Of a stretch of 64,000 nt of DNA, positions 1 through 10,890 are shown piece after piece (within the stretch, counting starts at the first letter, position 1; each line of letters opens with the position of its first letter). The position numbers and the translations under genes were made by a program. The DNA comes from an uncultured virus (IMG/VR IMGVR_UViG_3300044545_000147) (Duplodnaviria; Heunggongvirae; Uroviricota; Caudoviricetes), in IMG/VR virus record IMGVR_UViG_3300044545_000147; one strand, 5' to 3'. A model generated the notes under the pieces. It made no database searches, was not told where the DNA came from, and saw nothing but the letters and a program-made list of their open reading frames with translations.

Positions 1-1545
<1,545 letters not shown>

Positions 1546-1571
1546 AAAGATCAGATCCTATCGAAAAATAA

Positions 1572-1693
1572 GGGCTGATGTTATAATGAGATGGTAATCA
1601 GCCCGTGGAAGGTGAATTACAATGGCTGCTTTGGTATTGGCGTACCAGGGCAGCGGATCCCTCGTCATGTTCCAGCATGGTGGGGGATTTTTA
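1572..1693 (+). ncRNA. Putative antisense sRNA unit upstream of int1 (promoter, two hairpins, terminator)
   Basis: TGtTATAAT 1579-1587 inside GGGCTGAT/ATCAGCCC inverted repeat; hairpin with TTGGCG loop; G-U-rich hairpin followed by T-run. Confidence 0.5.
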
Positions 1694-1843
1694 AATATGT
1701 TAAGTTTCAATATAATGCTTTTTTGCACTTAACAGGTCATAAGGCCAAGGATTCTCTTTTTTCTGCACTTAAGTTCTGTTAAGCGCAGAAATCAACAAAA
1801 ATGAAACTTAGCAATGTTGTATCATGGGGGATTTCTAGTTGAA

Positions 1844-2020
1844 TCATTTTTTATCTTTTTTCACAATGGACAGATGTGGATCCTTTTGGTGGTTAGGATG
1901 ATGTCTTTTATGGGCCGGATTTGTTTCCCAGAAACTAAAAGTAGGAAGATTTTCATTACCAAATGATTCAAGAGATAGACTGATCCCTACTGACATTGAT
2001 TTTGGATTCTTTTTGTCCAT
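1844..2020 (-). CDS. Small hypothetical protein (58 aa, MDKKNPKSMSV...KKDKK)
   Basis: Hand-translated; GGGAGG RBS; co-oriented with lysogeny genes. Confidence 0.5.
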   Translation of the reverse strand: MDKKNPKSMSVGISLSLESFGNENLPTFSFWETNPAHKRHHPNHQKDPHLSIVKKDKK

Positions 2021-2048
2021 AATAGGACCTCCCTATTGAAATGTCATA

Positions 2049-2516
2049 TTAATGATATATATGATAGAATTTACTATCTTTTATGGTTATTAATAGCCCA
2101 CAATGAGGACATTTTACGGATGGATCCGTTTTTAATGCAGTTACCTTTTCATGACAATCTGGGCAATTTCCCTTTATTTGATTTAGACCTGCAAATCCCA
2201 TAAAGGGACATACTAAAACTCCTATAATAATAAGCGGAATACCTATGATAACTAATCCTATGGCGCATAGTATTAATCCAATTACACAGATAAAAAATAT
2301 GGTACCTATTCCTAGCATGATATGTTTAAAAAAACCATTTACTTTATCGGGCTCAGTTTTTTCAAAAATGTCTTCTCTTTTGAGAATTAAAGTATCAGAA
2401 AATAAGCTTTCATCTTTTATTGCTTTGTTTATTATAGAATTATCTAGTACTTGACCACAGTAAGGACAGAATTTTACTTCGGAATTAATTTCTTTCCCAC
2501 ACTTTGGACAAAACAT
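2049..2516 (-). CDS. Zinc-ribbon membrane protein (possible superinfection exclusion)
   Basis: N-terminal CPKC/CPYC ribbon, hydrophobic hairpin, C-terminal CPDC/CPHC. Confidence 0.75.
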   Translation of the reverse strand: MFCPKCGKEINSEVKFCPYCGQVLDNSIINKAIKDESLFSDTLILKREDIFEKTEPDKVNGFFKHIMLGIGTIFFICVIGLILCAIGLVIIGIPLIIIGVLVCPFMGFAGLNQIKGNCPDCHEKVTALKTDPSVKCPHCGLLITIKDSKFYHIYH

Positions 2517-2686
2517 TTGAGACGCTTCCTTTCGGCCTTTTAAAATATATTTTTAAAAAATCATTTGATTGATACCGTAGTAGCTCGTAGTGGAGGGAAT
2601 TTCTTTTTGCTTTTTTTCAGTTGCCGTGCTGAACAACGTCTCTTTTTACATAAGCAGTCGTATTATTAACTGATTTTTGTGTCATA

Positions 2687-3118
2687 TCATAGACTTTTTA
2701 GTCTGGCTAATGACTTTGGGATTCCAACCATAGAAGCGATGTCATAAATTCCCATATCGGAATATTCTTTCATTAAATCATCAGGAAGAAGAAATTCAAC
2801 TGCAAATAGATTAGCTTGGCGCTCAATTTTCCATGTAGAAAGAAAAGAGTTTTGGTTTAATGCATGAGTTTCAGCATGTGGATGAAGAAAGTAATGACCT
2901 AACTCATGAGCACAAATGAAAGGCTGCAGTTCCGTATCTGCATTTTTATTGATGCAAATGGATTTGATACGACATACAGAAGAAAAGTACCCCATGTTTT
3001 CACCGATATCGGGATAATAGATATTTATATGATTTAACACCGCAATTCGAAAAGGATCGCGGGTATTGTATTTCTGTGAAAGAGTGTTGGCAAATTCTTT
3101 TATATTCTCTGTTTTCAT
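2687..3118 (-). CDS. ImmA/IrrE-family metallopeptidase (antirepressor)
   Basis: HELGH motif, ERQANLFAVEFLLP. Confidence 0.92.
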   Translation of the reverse strand: MKTENIKEFANTLSQKYNTRDPFRIAVLNHINIYYPDIGENMGYFSSVCRIKSICINKNADTELQPFICAHELGHYFLHPHAETHALNQNSFLSTWKIERQANLFAVEFLLPDDLMKEYSDMGIYDIASMVGIPKSLARLKSL

Positions 3119-3133
3119 GATGGGGCACTTTCA

Positions 3134-3586
3134 TCATTTACGATACTTTTTAGGAGTGAATTTTTCTTTAGCTTTGATTTTTGCAATGCGGATTGTGTTC
3201 TCAAGAGAAGCTTTCATAAGTTCCCTAGTCGCATCATCCATTTTTTCGCCACCGTTATACATAGCAACCGTGTCCTGATTGTCTATGTCTTCCAGTATGG
3301 CTGTCAATCTTTTTTGTATATCTTTCTCATCCCTCTCTGTAAGTGTTGGGTGATATTCGGCGTCTGAAGAGACGTCTTTTTTATTGTCTGTTTTCAAATT
3401 TTGATTATTCAGAATGTAATCAATAGAAACATTAAATATTGAAGAAAGTTTTTTCAATGCTTCATCTGGCATTTGAGAAATTCCATTTTCGTATTTGGAA
3501 TACATCTGTCTACTCACATTTAAGATAGCTGCAACATCAGATTGGGTCTTGCTTGCTCTTAAACGTAATGTTTTTAGATTATTCAT
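3134..3586 (-). CDS. XRE/HTH repressor (ImmR/CI-like)
   Basis: Xre HTH (TQSDVAAILNVSRQMYSKYENG); start chosen at MNNLK after GGAGG. Confidence 0.9.
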   Translation of the reverse strand: MNNLKTLRLRASKTQSDVAAILNVSRQMYSKYENGISQMPDEALKKLSSIFNVSIDYILNNQNLKTDNKKDVSSDAEYHPTLTERDEKDIQKRLTAILEDIDNQDTVAMYNGGEKMDDATRELMKASLENTIRIAKIKAKEKFTPKKYRK

Positions 3587-3609
3587 TCCATGATCCCTCC
3601 TTTCCTGTA

Positions 3610-3703
3610 TTGTAACTTGTAGTTGCAATAAACACAATATTATTCTTGACAATGCAACTAATAGGTGCTATTCTTATGACATGAGAGCAACCGATAGTTG
3701 CAA
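3610..3703. promoter_or_regulatory. Genetic switch: three operators (TGCAAC-N5-GTTGCA-like) and rightward promoter
   Basis: TTGTAACTTGTAGTTGCAA, ATGCAACTAATAGGTGCTA, GAGCAACCGATAGTTGCAA; TTGACA(3646)-17bp-TATTCT. Confidence 0.75.
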
Positions 3704-3727
3704 ATTGAAGAAGGAGGAGCAACTAAA

Positions 3728-3916
3728 TTGAACAATATAAGAACATTGAGAGAGAGAAGAGGACTTACACAAGAACAAATTGCAAGCTCTTTATCCATTT
3801 CACGAACCGCTGTTTATAAATGGGAAAACGGAGATTCTCTACCCTCTGCAAAAAAGCTTCCGCAATTAGCAAAATTGCTACATTGTACCATAGATGAATT
3901 GCTGGAAAGGGGGTGA
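3728..3916 (+). CDS. Cro-like HTH regulator
   Basis: Xre HTH divergent from the repressor; TTG start after AAGGAGGAG. Confidence 0.88.
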   Translation: MNNIRTLRERRGLTQEQIASSLSISRTAVYKWENGDSLPSAKKLPQLAKLLHCTIDELLERG

Positions 3917-4119
3917 ATCATATGGAGAATCGTCCAATTCGATATGTTTATATGGCTACACCGGAAGAATCTGAAAAGACACTGCAAAAAGTTGTTGATC
4001 TGTTGGTCTTTTGGGCAAAGGAGGATAAACGAAAGGAGGAAGAGAAAAATGAAAAAAATCTTATGCGTTCTAGTTTGCAGCGGAGTAGCGATGGGTGCTG
4101 CAGCAGCTACATCGGATGA
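3913..4119 (+). CDS. Hypothetical early protein, homologous to 56938-57069
   Basis: Shared AT..SE..+K+...L..WA++D pattern at the same position after cro. Confidence 0.55.
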   Translation: MNHMENRPIRYVYMATPEESEKTLQKVVDLLVFWAKEDKRKEEEKNEKNLMRSSLQRSSDGCCSSYIG

Positions 4120-4306
4120 CAGGATTGAATACCGGTATGAAGTTCAGTCAGGGGACACTGTCTATGATATTGCTTCTAGAATGGCAACAAAAAAAGACGA
4201 TGTGAATTACATCGCCTGGAGCATTTTAAAAGATAACAATTTAAAGGACGCGGTAATCATTCCCGGGCAGGAAATCGTGATCCGCGTCCATCCAGAGAAG
4301 AAATAA
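4049..4306 (+). CDS. Signal/anchor + LysM protein (YneA-like)
   Basis: Hydrophobic N-terminus, YEVQSGDTVYDIA...IIPGQEIVI. Confidence 0.8.
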   Translation: MKKILCVLVCSGVAMGAAAATSDDRIEYRYEVQSGDTVYDIASRMATKKDDVNYIAWSILKDNNLKDAVIIPGQEIVIRVHPEKK

Positions 4307-4354
4307 TCCTTCTCATCCTACCAATATTATAACACAAGACTGGAGAAAAAAAGA

Positions 4355-4609
4355 ATGATCATGAGTGATAGTGAATTTCAAGATTTCCTTTGGCAGAAGG
4401 ACAGAAGTGAAAGGCTTCATATCATGCCTTATCTTCAGGAACTCTGTTGTGTACTTGAAAGAGAATGTAGCAAATTGAAATTGCATATGGAACGTGAAGA
4501 TCCAGAAGAATATGTGGAAGTTACATGGAAGAACGGCTCCGTGCAGAGAATCAATATTCATATGGATTCTCCATTGGCCATGTGCTGTGATGTATTAAAA
4601 CATATATAA
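4355..4609 (+). CDS. Hypothetical phage protein
   Basis: ORF with RBS in early operon. Confidence 0.6.
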   Translation: MIMSDSEFQDFLWQKDRSERLHIMPYLQELCCVLERECSKLKLHMEREDPEEYVEVTWKNGSVQRINIHMDSPLAMCCDVLKHI

Positions 4610-4620
4610 GAGGAATGATT

Positions 4621-4779
4621 ATGAATTCTAATAAATGGGATCAATCGAACTTTCAAGAAGCAGAAGATAATTTTCTGGATCCTGATTATAAATATCCATG
4701 GGAAAAACTTTCGGATAACAGATTTCCACAGGAAGAAGAGGAGGAAAACGACAATGGCGATACTAATTATGAGCGTTAA
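4621..4779 (+). CDS. Small acidic protein (52 aa)
   Basis: Hand-translated MNSNKWDQ...EEEEENDNGDTNYER; GAGG RBS; overlaps the YqaJ start. Confidence 0.45.
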   Translation: MNSNKWDQSNFQEAEDNFLDPDYKYPWEKLSDNRFPQEEEEENDNGDTNYER

Positions 4780-5707
4780 AAATTCCAAGGACCATAAAAA
4801 ATGGCTTGGAATGCGCGGAAAAGGCATTGGAGGATCCGATGCTGGATCTATTATGGGCCTTAATCCTTATAAAAGTCCATTCCAGCTTTGGATGGAAAAA
4901 ACCGGGCAGATAGAACCGGAAGATATTTCAGACAAAGAATGTGTGTACTGGGGGACCGTCCTTGAAGAAGCTGTAGCCCATCGTTTTACAGAGGTTACCG
5001 GTAAAAAAGTACAGCGCCGGGGAACGCTGCAGTCAGAAGAATATCCGTTCATGCTTGCGAATGTGGATCGAATGGTGGTTGGGGAAGATGCTGGATTGGA
5101 ATGTAAGACAACAGGATTTTCCTCCAAAAAAAACTGGGAAGATGACGAAATTCCCGATTCTTATTACTGCCAGTGCCTGCACTATATGGCGGTGACAGGC
5201 TGCCAGAAATGGTATATTGCAGTACTTGTAGGCGGTAATCATTTTATTTGGAAAGAAATCCAGCGCAATGAAGAAGATATCCAGGTATTAATCAAGGCAG
5301 AATCAGAATTTTGGGATAAGGTACAGAAGAAAGAAATGCCACCGGTGGATTGGACGATATCATGTGCAGAAGCACTGAAACACAGATTCAATCAGTCTAA
5401 TGGGGAAGAGATGGATCTTCCTGCGGAAGCGGCTGAAATTCTGCTGAAATTGGATGAATATCAGGATACTGAAAAAACACTGAAACAAAATATTCAACTT
5501 CAGAAAAATAGAATATGTGCCATTTTAGGAGATTTTGAAATTGGGCGCATAGGTGATAGGAAGGTTCTCTGGAAGTCCCAGAATGGTAGGGAATCCATTG
5601 ATCTAAAAAAGTTAAAGCAGGAAGCAGATGGTATGTTTTATCTGCGATTAAAAAATGATGGATTTATCAAAACAACAGCTCCTACACGTGTGCTTAGAAT
5701 CTATTGA
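4754..5707 (+). CDS. YqaJ-family viral recombinase exonuclease
   Basis: GIGGSDAG, WGTVLE, ANVDR..LECKT, YYCQCLHYM. Confidence 0.93.
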   Translation: MAILIMSVKNSKDHKKWLGMRGKGIGGSDAGSIMGLNPYKSPFQLWMEKTGQIEPEDISDKECVYWGTVLEEAVAHRFTEVTGKKVQRRGTLQSEEYPFMLANVDRMVVGEDAGLECKTTGFSSKKNWEDDEIPDSYYCQCLHYMAVTGCQKWYIAVLVGGNHFIWKEIQRNEEDIQVLIKAESEFWDKVQKKEMPPVDWTISCAEALKHRFNQSNGEEMDLPAEAAEILLKLDEYQDTEKTLKQNIQLQKNRICAILGDFEIGRIGDRKVLWKSQNGRESIDLKKLKQEADGMFYLRLKNDGFIKTTAPTRVLRIY

Positions 5708-5713
5708 AATATT

Positions 5714-5926
5714 ATGGATGCTCAGGAATTTCAAATTCTGCAGATTGGAGATCGTATATCAGTTAGAAGAGGAATGAATGTACCTCCTCTAACTGGCATA
5801 TGTGCAGATAAAATCGAAAGCAATATGGCCGAATCCATCCTTGTAAAAATCCATGTCAAAGGAAGTAAGCCAGTTTATCAATGGACAGCGGCCTGTTATG
5901 TAAAAAAGGAGGAAAAATCGTTATGA
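5714..5926 (+). CDS. Hypothetical protein (nearly identical to 58463-58675)
   Basis: Conserved in both prophages. Confidence 0.7.
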   Translation: MDAQEFQILQIGDRISVRRGMNVPPLTGICADKIESNMAESILVKIHVKGSKPVYQWTAACYVKKEEKSL

Positions 5927-6807
5927 AAACATCTGGTGGTTTGGTAAAGAAACAGGAAGAAATTAAGCAGGAACAGGAGAAGCCGGTGGGGCTCCGAGCT
6001 CTTATTGCAAAAATGGAACCGGAGATCAAGAAGGCGCTCCCTTCTGTGATCACTCCGGAACGGTTTACGCGGATGGTGTTTACAGCCCTTTCTACAAATC
6101 CGCAGCTTCTTAATTGTACGCCTGGATCTTTTCTTGGAGCCATGATGAATGCGGCTCAGTTGGGACTAGAGCCGAATACACCTCTGGGACAAGCGTACTT
6201 GATTCCCTATAAGAATCACGGAGTTATGGAATGCCAGTTCCAACTGGGCTATAAGGGATTAATTGATTTAGTATACCGCAGCGAGGAAGTTACAGATATT
6301 CAAGCTCATGAAGTTTATGAAAATGATGAGTTTGAGTATGAACTGGGCCTGGATCCGAAGTTGAAACATATCCCTGCATTGAAAGGCCGGGGAGATGTCA
6401 TCATGTATTACGCTGTATTCCATACAAAGAATGGAGGATACGGCTTTGAGGTTATGAGTAAGGATGATGTAAAAGCCTTTGCATCTAAAACAAGTCAGGC
6501 CTATGCATCAGCGTACAGTCCATGGAAGAAATATTTTGATGAAATGGCAAAAAAAACCGTACTGAAAAAAGCCTTGAAATATGCACCGATTAAAACTGAG
6601 TTTGTGCGTCAGATGCAGACGGATGAAAGCATAAAATCCTCAATTTCGGACAGTATGGCAGATATCCCTGATGAAAAAGTAGTAACAATAGATGCGGGAG
6701 AATCCAAAGACGCAGCCATACAACAAACACAATCAAAAGAAGAGATCCCATGGCCCGGAGATGAAGCACCTTCTGGTGTGGATCCGGAAACCGGAGAGAT
6801 AAAGTAA
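5923..6807 (+). CDS. recT: RecT-family single-strand annealing protein
   Basis: AQLGLEPNTPLGQAYLIPY, QLGYKGLIDL, EMAKKTVLK. Confidence 0.93.
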   Translation: MKTSGGLVKKQEEIKQEQEKPVGLRALIAKMEPEIKKALPSVITPERFTRMVFTALSTNPQLLNCTPGSFLGAMMNAAQLGLEPNTPLGQAYLIPYKNHGVMECQFQLGYKGLIDLVYRSEEVTDIQAHEVYENDEFEYELGLDPKLKHIPALKGRGDVIMYYAVFHTKNGGYGFEVMSKDDVKAFASKTSQAYASAYSPWKKYFDEMAKKTVLKKALKYAPIKTEFVRQMQTDESIKSSISDSMADIPDEKVVTIDAGESKDAAIQQTQSKEEIPWPGDEAPSGVDPETGEIK

Positions 6808-6831
6808 TTTTGGGATGATGGAGGGGCAATA

Positions 6832-7038
6832 ATGAATAGCAATGACTTTTCGCAGAGATATATGACGACACCGCAAGCTATCTATTATACGTCCATGAGT
6901 GAAAGAACGCTCCGTAAGGTTATGAAGGCTGCCAAAACGCAGCCTCATGGACCTAAGACGAAAACGTACTGGGATAAAGAAGTAATTGATGAGATTATGA
7001 AGAATTATCGTCTTAGGAATTGGAAGAAACAATCTTAG
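6832..7038 (+). CDS. Excisionase-like winged HTH protein
   Basis: RYMTTPQAIYYTSMSERTLRK pattern. Confidence 0.6.
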   Translation: MNSNDFSQRYMTTPQAIYYTSMSERTLRKVMKAAKTQPHGPKTKTYWDKEVIDEIMKNYRLRNWKKQS

Positions 7039-7058
7039 AAATACATCGGAAGAGGTAG

Positions 7059-8003
7059 ATGCCCATGGCAAGGCCAGGTAAAGAAGGCATTGATTACTTT
7101 CCATTCGATGTGGATTTCTTTGAGGATGACAAAATCCTATTTGTGACAGCCCGGTTTGGTGTAGCAGGCGAATTGGCCGTTGTGAAACTATTGTGCCGGA
7201 TCTATCGAAATGGGTACTACATTCACTGGGATGAAGATACGGCACTCTTGTTTTCGAAAGTTGCGGGACTGGAATCCCCTGGCTTAGCGAACAATGTAGT
7301 GAGCGAATTGGTCCGGCGCGGATTTTTTGATAAATCCCTTCTTGACTCGTTCTCCATATTAACATCACGGGGCATACAGGAACGATATTTCAAAGCGTGT
7401 GAGAGACGAAAGTCTGTGGAAGTTAATCAACAATATTTGCTTGTTGATTTCCGAAATTTCAAAAATCTCCACATGTCTACTTCAAGTACGCCCAACGGAG
7501 GTAAATGTATACATGATGTCAGCATTTCAAAGCAAAATGCCTACATTTCAGTTAAAAATGCAGACATTTATCCACAAAGGAAAGTAAAGGAAAGGAAAGT
7601 AAAGGAGAGTAAAGGAGAGGTCGTAAATACTGCCCCGCAAATTGGAGGAATTTCCCCCGATGATATGCAGAAATTGCAGGATAAATTTATTCAGCTTGTC
7701 GGAGGAATAGGTCCAGTCCAATATGCAAAAATAGTAGATCTTCAGAAACAGTATCCTTTTGAAAGAATATTGGAGGCAATTCAGATAGCGAAGGAACGCG
7801 ACAAACGAAAACTATCCTATGTAGAAGGAATTTTGAAAAGTTGGGAGAAGGATGGCTATGACGGAAATAGTTCAAAGAAGCAAGAGGGTGAAATATCTAA
7901 TGGACATAAGTACAAACTCAAAACTTGGAATGATTACAGAACGAATCAAGAAAATCATAGAGACACTTCCCCAGAATCGGGAGTTATCACCGGAGAAAAC
8001 TAA
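7059..8003 (+). CDS. Replication initiator (DUF4373/Lin1244-like N-terminus, DnaD-like C-terminus)
   Basis: MARPGKEGIDYFPFDV, LTSRGIQERY, SYVEGILKSW. Confidence 0.85.
   Translation: MPMARPGKEGIDYFPFDVDFFEDDKILFVTARFGVAGELAVVKLLCRIYRNGYYIHWDEDTALLFSKVAGLESPGLANNVVSELVRRGFFDKSLLDSFSILTSRGIQERYFKACERRKSVEVNQQYLLVDFRNFKNLHMSTSSTPNGGKCIHDVSISKQNAYISVKNADIYPQRKVKERKVKESKGEVVNTAPQIGGISPDDMQKLQDKFIQLVGGIGPVQYAKIVDLQKQYPFERILEAIQIAKERDKRKLSYVEGILKSWEKDGYDGNSSKKQEGEISNGHKYKLKTWNDYRTNQENHRDTSPESGVITGEN
7520..7620. repeat. Putative replication origin: 21-bp-period repeats, DnaA box, purine-rich repeats
   Basis: CATTT at 7523/7544/7565; TTATCCACA 7568-7576; AAGGAAAGTA repeats. Confidence 0.6.
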
Positions 8004-8694
8004 ACAAATCATTTCTGCGGATGGAATTGATTGTCCAATCTGTCATAACAGATGTTATGTATTTGTGAAGGAAGAAGGCCATACAGTAGCAAAACCATGT
8101 ATCTGTCAGAAAAAACGCCGGCAAGCATTTATCCTTCGGAGATCCGGAATATCGCAGCATGACTATGAAAGATATACCCTGAAGAGTTTTTATGTAGATA
8201 CGCCTGAAAGAACCAATATGAAGCAGGCGGCTGTATGCTTTATCAAAAAATATTATGAAGGGGCAGGAATTGGATATTTTGGGCATTCTGGGACGGGTAA
8301 AACGCATATATGTATTGCCATTTGCCAAGCCATACAGCGTGAACATTATTATTTCCAGTATCGGCGCGAAATCCAGCTAATTAAGAACTGCATGTATCGA
8401 AATGATGAAAAATATCGCAGCATGATGGATCAGTGGGAAAATTGTCCGATCTTGTACATGGATGACTTATTTAAAGGGGCCTGGATTAATGGGAAAATTC
8501 AGCAACAGGATGTCCAGGTCATTTTTGAAATAGTAAACAGTCGGTATATGAAGAAGCTTTCTACGATTGTTTCTTCAGAGCAGTCTTTATCTGAAATTCT
8601 GTCCGCAGATGAAGCAATTGGCAGTCGATTATATGAAATGCTTTCTCCTTATATCATAGAAATTTCTGGAGCAAATTATCGGATTGAAGAATAA
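7852..8694 (+). CDS. DnaC/IstB-like helicase loader ATPase
   Basis: CPIC..CIC Zn site, GHSGTGKT, YMDDLFK. Confidence 0.88.
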   Translation: MAMTEIVQRSKRVKYLMDISTNSKLGMITERIKKIIETLPQNRELSPEKTKQIISADGIDCPICHNRCYVFVKEEGHTVAKPCICQKKRRQAFILRRSGISQHDYERYTLKSFYVDTPERTNMKQAAVCFIKKYYEGAGIGYFGHSGTGKTHICIAICQAIQREHYYFQYRREIQLIKNCMYRNDEKYRSMMDQWENCPILYMDDLFKGAWINGKIQQQDVQVIFEIVNSRYMKKLSTIVSSEQSLSEILSADEAIGSRLYEMLSPYIIEISGANYRIEE

Positions 8695-8703
8695 GGAGAA
8701 AAC

Positions 8704-8925
8704 ATGGAAAGAGAAGAAAAGGAATATGGAAAAAGTGATGGAAAATGGAAGTCATCCTGGGAACTGTATCATGAATATTTAAACAGAACACAGGCAAATC
8801 AGAAAGGTAGTATATTGATTCGTCGTGATAGAAGGTATTTCAGAATAGGTATTATTTTAGGCCTTTTCACCTTATTCATGGTGGGAGTCGTTGTAATATT
8901 CACCTACTGCATGATTGGAGTGTGA
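8704..8925 (+). CDS. Hypothetical membrane protein
   Basis: C-terminal TM segment, AAGGAG RBS. Confidence 0.6.
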   Translation: MEREEKEYGKSDGKWKSSWELYHEYLNRTQANQKGSILIRRDRRYFRIGIILGLFTLFMVGVVVIFTYCMIGV

Positions 8926-8931
8926 CTTCTT

Positions 8932-9111
8932 ATGAAGTGCATCTTGTGTGGTAAGGAAATCTGCCGAGGACAAGAGTCAATCATTGATTTTCATGGAGAA
9001 ATGAGAGCAGCTCATCGAGATTGCGGGTTTCATATAGATTCTGAAGAAATACATTTAACCAAAGCGTTGAAGCATTATCGGGAAACGCATGTGGAGGGCC
9101 ATGATGAATAA
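8932..9111 (+). CDS. Small Zn-finger protein (MKCILCGKEI...HRDC)
   Basis: Hand-translated 59 aa, CxxC + HxxC. Confidence 0.55.
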   Translation: MKCILCGKEICRGQESIIDFHGEMRAAHRDCGFHIDSEEIHLTKALKHYRETHVEGHDE

Positions 9112-9256
9112 CAAAATCTTTGCGATCGTGATTATGTATTTCATTAGTCTGACAATTTGTACGGTAACAGCTTTTTATTACGGGCATTACATTATTGGAT
9201 TTATAGGAATGATCCTTATTGGCTGCATAAATATTGGCCAGGATCATCACAAATAA
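9101..9256 (+). CDS. Small membrane protein (51 aa)
   Basis: Hand-translated; GGAGGG RBS; two hydrophobic stretches. Confidence 0.5.
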   Translation: MMNNKIFAIVIMYFISLTICTVTAFYYGHYIIGFIGMILIGCINIGQDHHK

Positions 9257-9277
9257 TAAGAGGGAAGGGGAAATAAT

Positions 9278-9535
9278 ATGTTGGCAATATACCTTAAAGA
9301 TAAACATAAAATCATTTTGAATCCCATCTGTTTTGAGCAGGGTAAACGTGAATTTGATGCCTTCGATTTCACAAAAAAAACAATTGTGACAATAGATAAA
9401 AGTCATTTCATTTACATTAAAAGAGCGGACCTTGAAGTAGAAGAAGTTGATTGTGGCACATCAGAAAATGCGGTTCTCACTATCGCTAAAATATTGTTTG
9501 CCATTAATGCCGTGGAGAAGGTGATCCAGTTATGA
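9278..9535 (+). CDS. Hypothetical protein
   Basis: ORF with RBS. Confidence 0.6.
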   Translation: MLAIYLKDKHKIILNPICFEQGKREFDAFDFTKKTIVTIDKSHFIYIKRADLEVEEVDCGTSENAVLTIAKILFAINAVEKVIQL

Positions 9536-9912
9536 ATATGCGGCTGATATATGACGGAAAACTTCCCTCTCTGAATGAAATGATTAATTCAAGCAGAAGA
9601 AATCCTTATGCTGGAAATCGTCAGAAACGAGATACACAAAATCAGGTTATGTGGCAATTCAAAGTACAGATTATGAGGTTGTCTGATCAGTGCTTTCAAG
9701 GAAAGGCAAATGTTAGGATTACATATTTTGAGCCAAATATGAAACGGGATGAAGATGGAGTTCGATCCGCTGGAGACAAAATTATCCTTGATGCTCTGAA
9801 AGAGCTGCATGTGATTGTGGATGATCGGCCTAAATTTTGTCATTCTGTATCAGAAGTTAAATATGACAAAAAAAATCCGAGAATTGAAGTCGAAATAGAG
9901 GGGGCGTCCTAA
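9532..9912 (+). CDS. RusA-like Holliday junction resolvase
   Basis: LPSLNE, RDED..K.ILDAL..IVDD, NPRIEVEI. Confidence 0.8.
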   Translation: MNMRLIYDGKLPSLNEMINSSRRNPYAGNRQKRDTQNQVMWQFKVQIMRLSDQCFQGKANVRITYFEPNMKRDEDGVRSAGDKIILDALKELHVIVDDRPKFCHSVSEVKYDKKNPRIEVEIEGAS

Positions 9913-10109
9913 TGACAGCACTGAATACAATGCAGCGTAGTGTTTATCAAAAACAGGTGGAGCAGGTCCTTTGCGAAAAATACAAACTGGCGCCGGAAGA
10001 GGCACATGCTATGCTCTTGAAATTTATTGAGAATGTACATAAAGGGAAAATGCCGGGACTTTTAAAGGAAATGAAGTATAAACATCTGCGGATTGCAGTT
10101 ATTCAATAG
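9912..10109 (+). CDS. Hypothetical protein
   Basis: Translationally coupled ORF. Confidence 0.55.
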   Translation: MTALNTMQRSVYQKQVEQVLCEKYKLAPEEAHAMLLKFIENVHKGKMPGLLKEMKYKHLRIAVIQ

Positions 10110-10120
10110 ATGAGGAGGAT

Positions 10121-10402
10121 TTGAAAATGGAACGCGATATCTATCATGCTGATAGACCAATAAAAGATGTAATTGAAGGCAACAAAATTAAAGGGAGAGA
10201 AATCATGAAACATATTACAACTATTGAATATGATAGTGCTTGCGATAAACTGATTATTCGCTTGCCTGGATATATGACTTTATTACCGCTGAAAGAAATA
10301 TTCCCGGGAAGTGGGGTGGAAATAGGATGCAATAAAAATAAAAAAATTACAGAAATCTGCATCTTGAATTTGCATCAAAGGTGTCCAGAAGTGAAAAATT
10401 AA
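10121..10402 (+). CDS. Hypothetical protein
   Basis: GAGGAGG RBS; true start may be internal. Confidence 0.5.
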   Translation: MKMERDIYHADRPIKDVIEGNKIKGREIMKHITTIEYDSACDKLIIRLPGYMTLLPLKEIFPGSGVEIGCNKNKKITEICILNLHQRCPEVKN

Positions 10403-10522
10403 TTTCCCCCCGAAAATAAATGGCTGATTTTGGACAATTAATTTCAATATATAACAGTAGGAGAGGATAGGGAAAAGATGCTGTATATCATGATGTTTTT
10501 GTTCATTATGTGAGGAGAGAGA

Positions 10523-10819
10523 ATGATGTCAAAATGGGGAAAGTTTGCAGAGATATTTGGCGTAAGTATTGGACAGGAATTCACTATGCACTGGGAGGAT
10601 GGGTCACCAGCCCCTTCAATTTATTACCGTATCACACAGAGGGGACTTCAAGAATGTGCAGTGGAAGTAAATTTTCATAATAGACAAAGTACAGATCTGG
10701 AAATCAAAAAATGGCAGATAGTCGATGATTGTGAAATTATCACATGTATGCTCATGGGGCTTTTAGTTTTAGACAGGCATGATGAGTTATATGACGCTTA
10801 TTCGACCTGTTTAGAGTAA
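10523..10819 (+). CDS. Hypothetical phage protein
   Basis: ORF with RBS. Confidence 0.6.
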   Translation: MMSKWGKFAEIFGVSIGQEFTMHWEDGSPAPSIYYRITQRGLQECAVEVNFHNRQSTDLEIKKWQIVDDCEIITCMLMGLLVLDRHDELYDAYSTCLE

Positions 10820-10890
10820 CAAAGCTTATATTGCACAGGAGGAATATTTAGAGAAAAAAAATATTTATTATTTAACGGGAGGGATCCCAA

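Noticed and set aside
1591..1782. 63-aa + strand ORF
   Set aside because: No RBS and it crosses a terminator; better explained as non-coding structure.
6733..7368. 211-aa minus-strand ORF and many similar antisense ORFs
   Set aside because: They overlap well-supported + strand genes and have no recognisable motifs.
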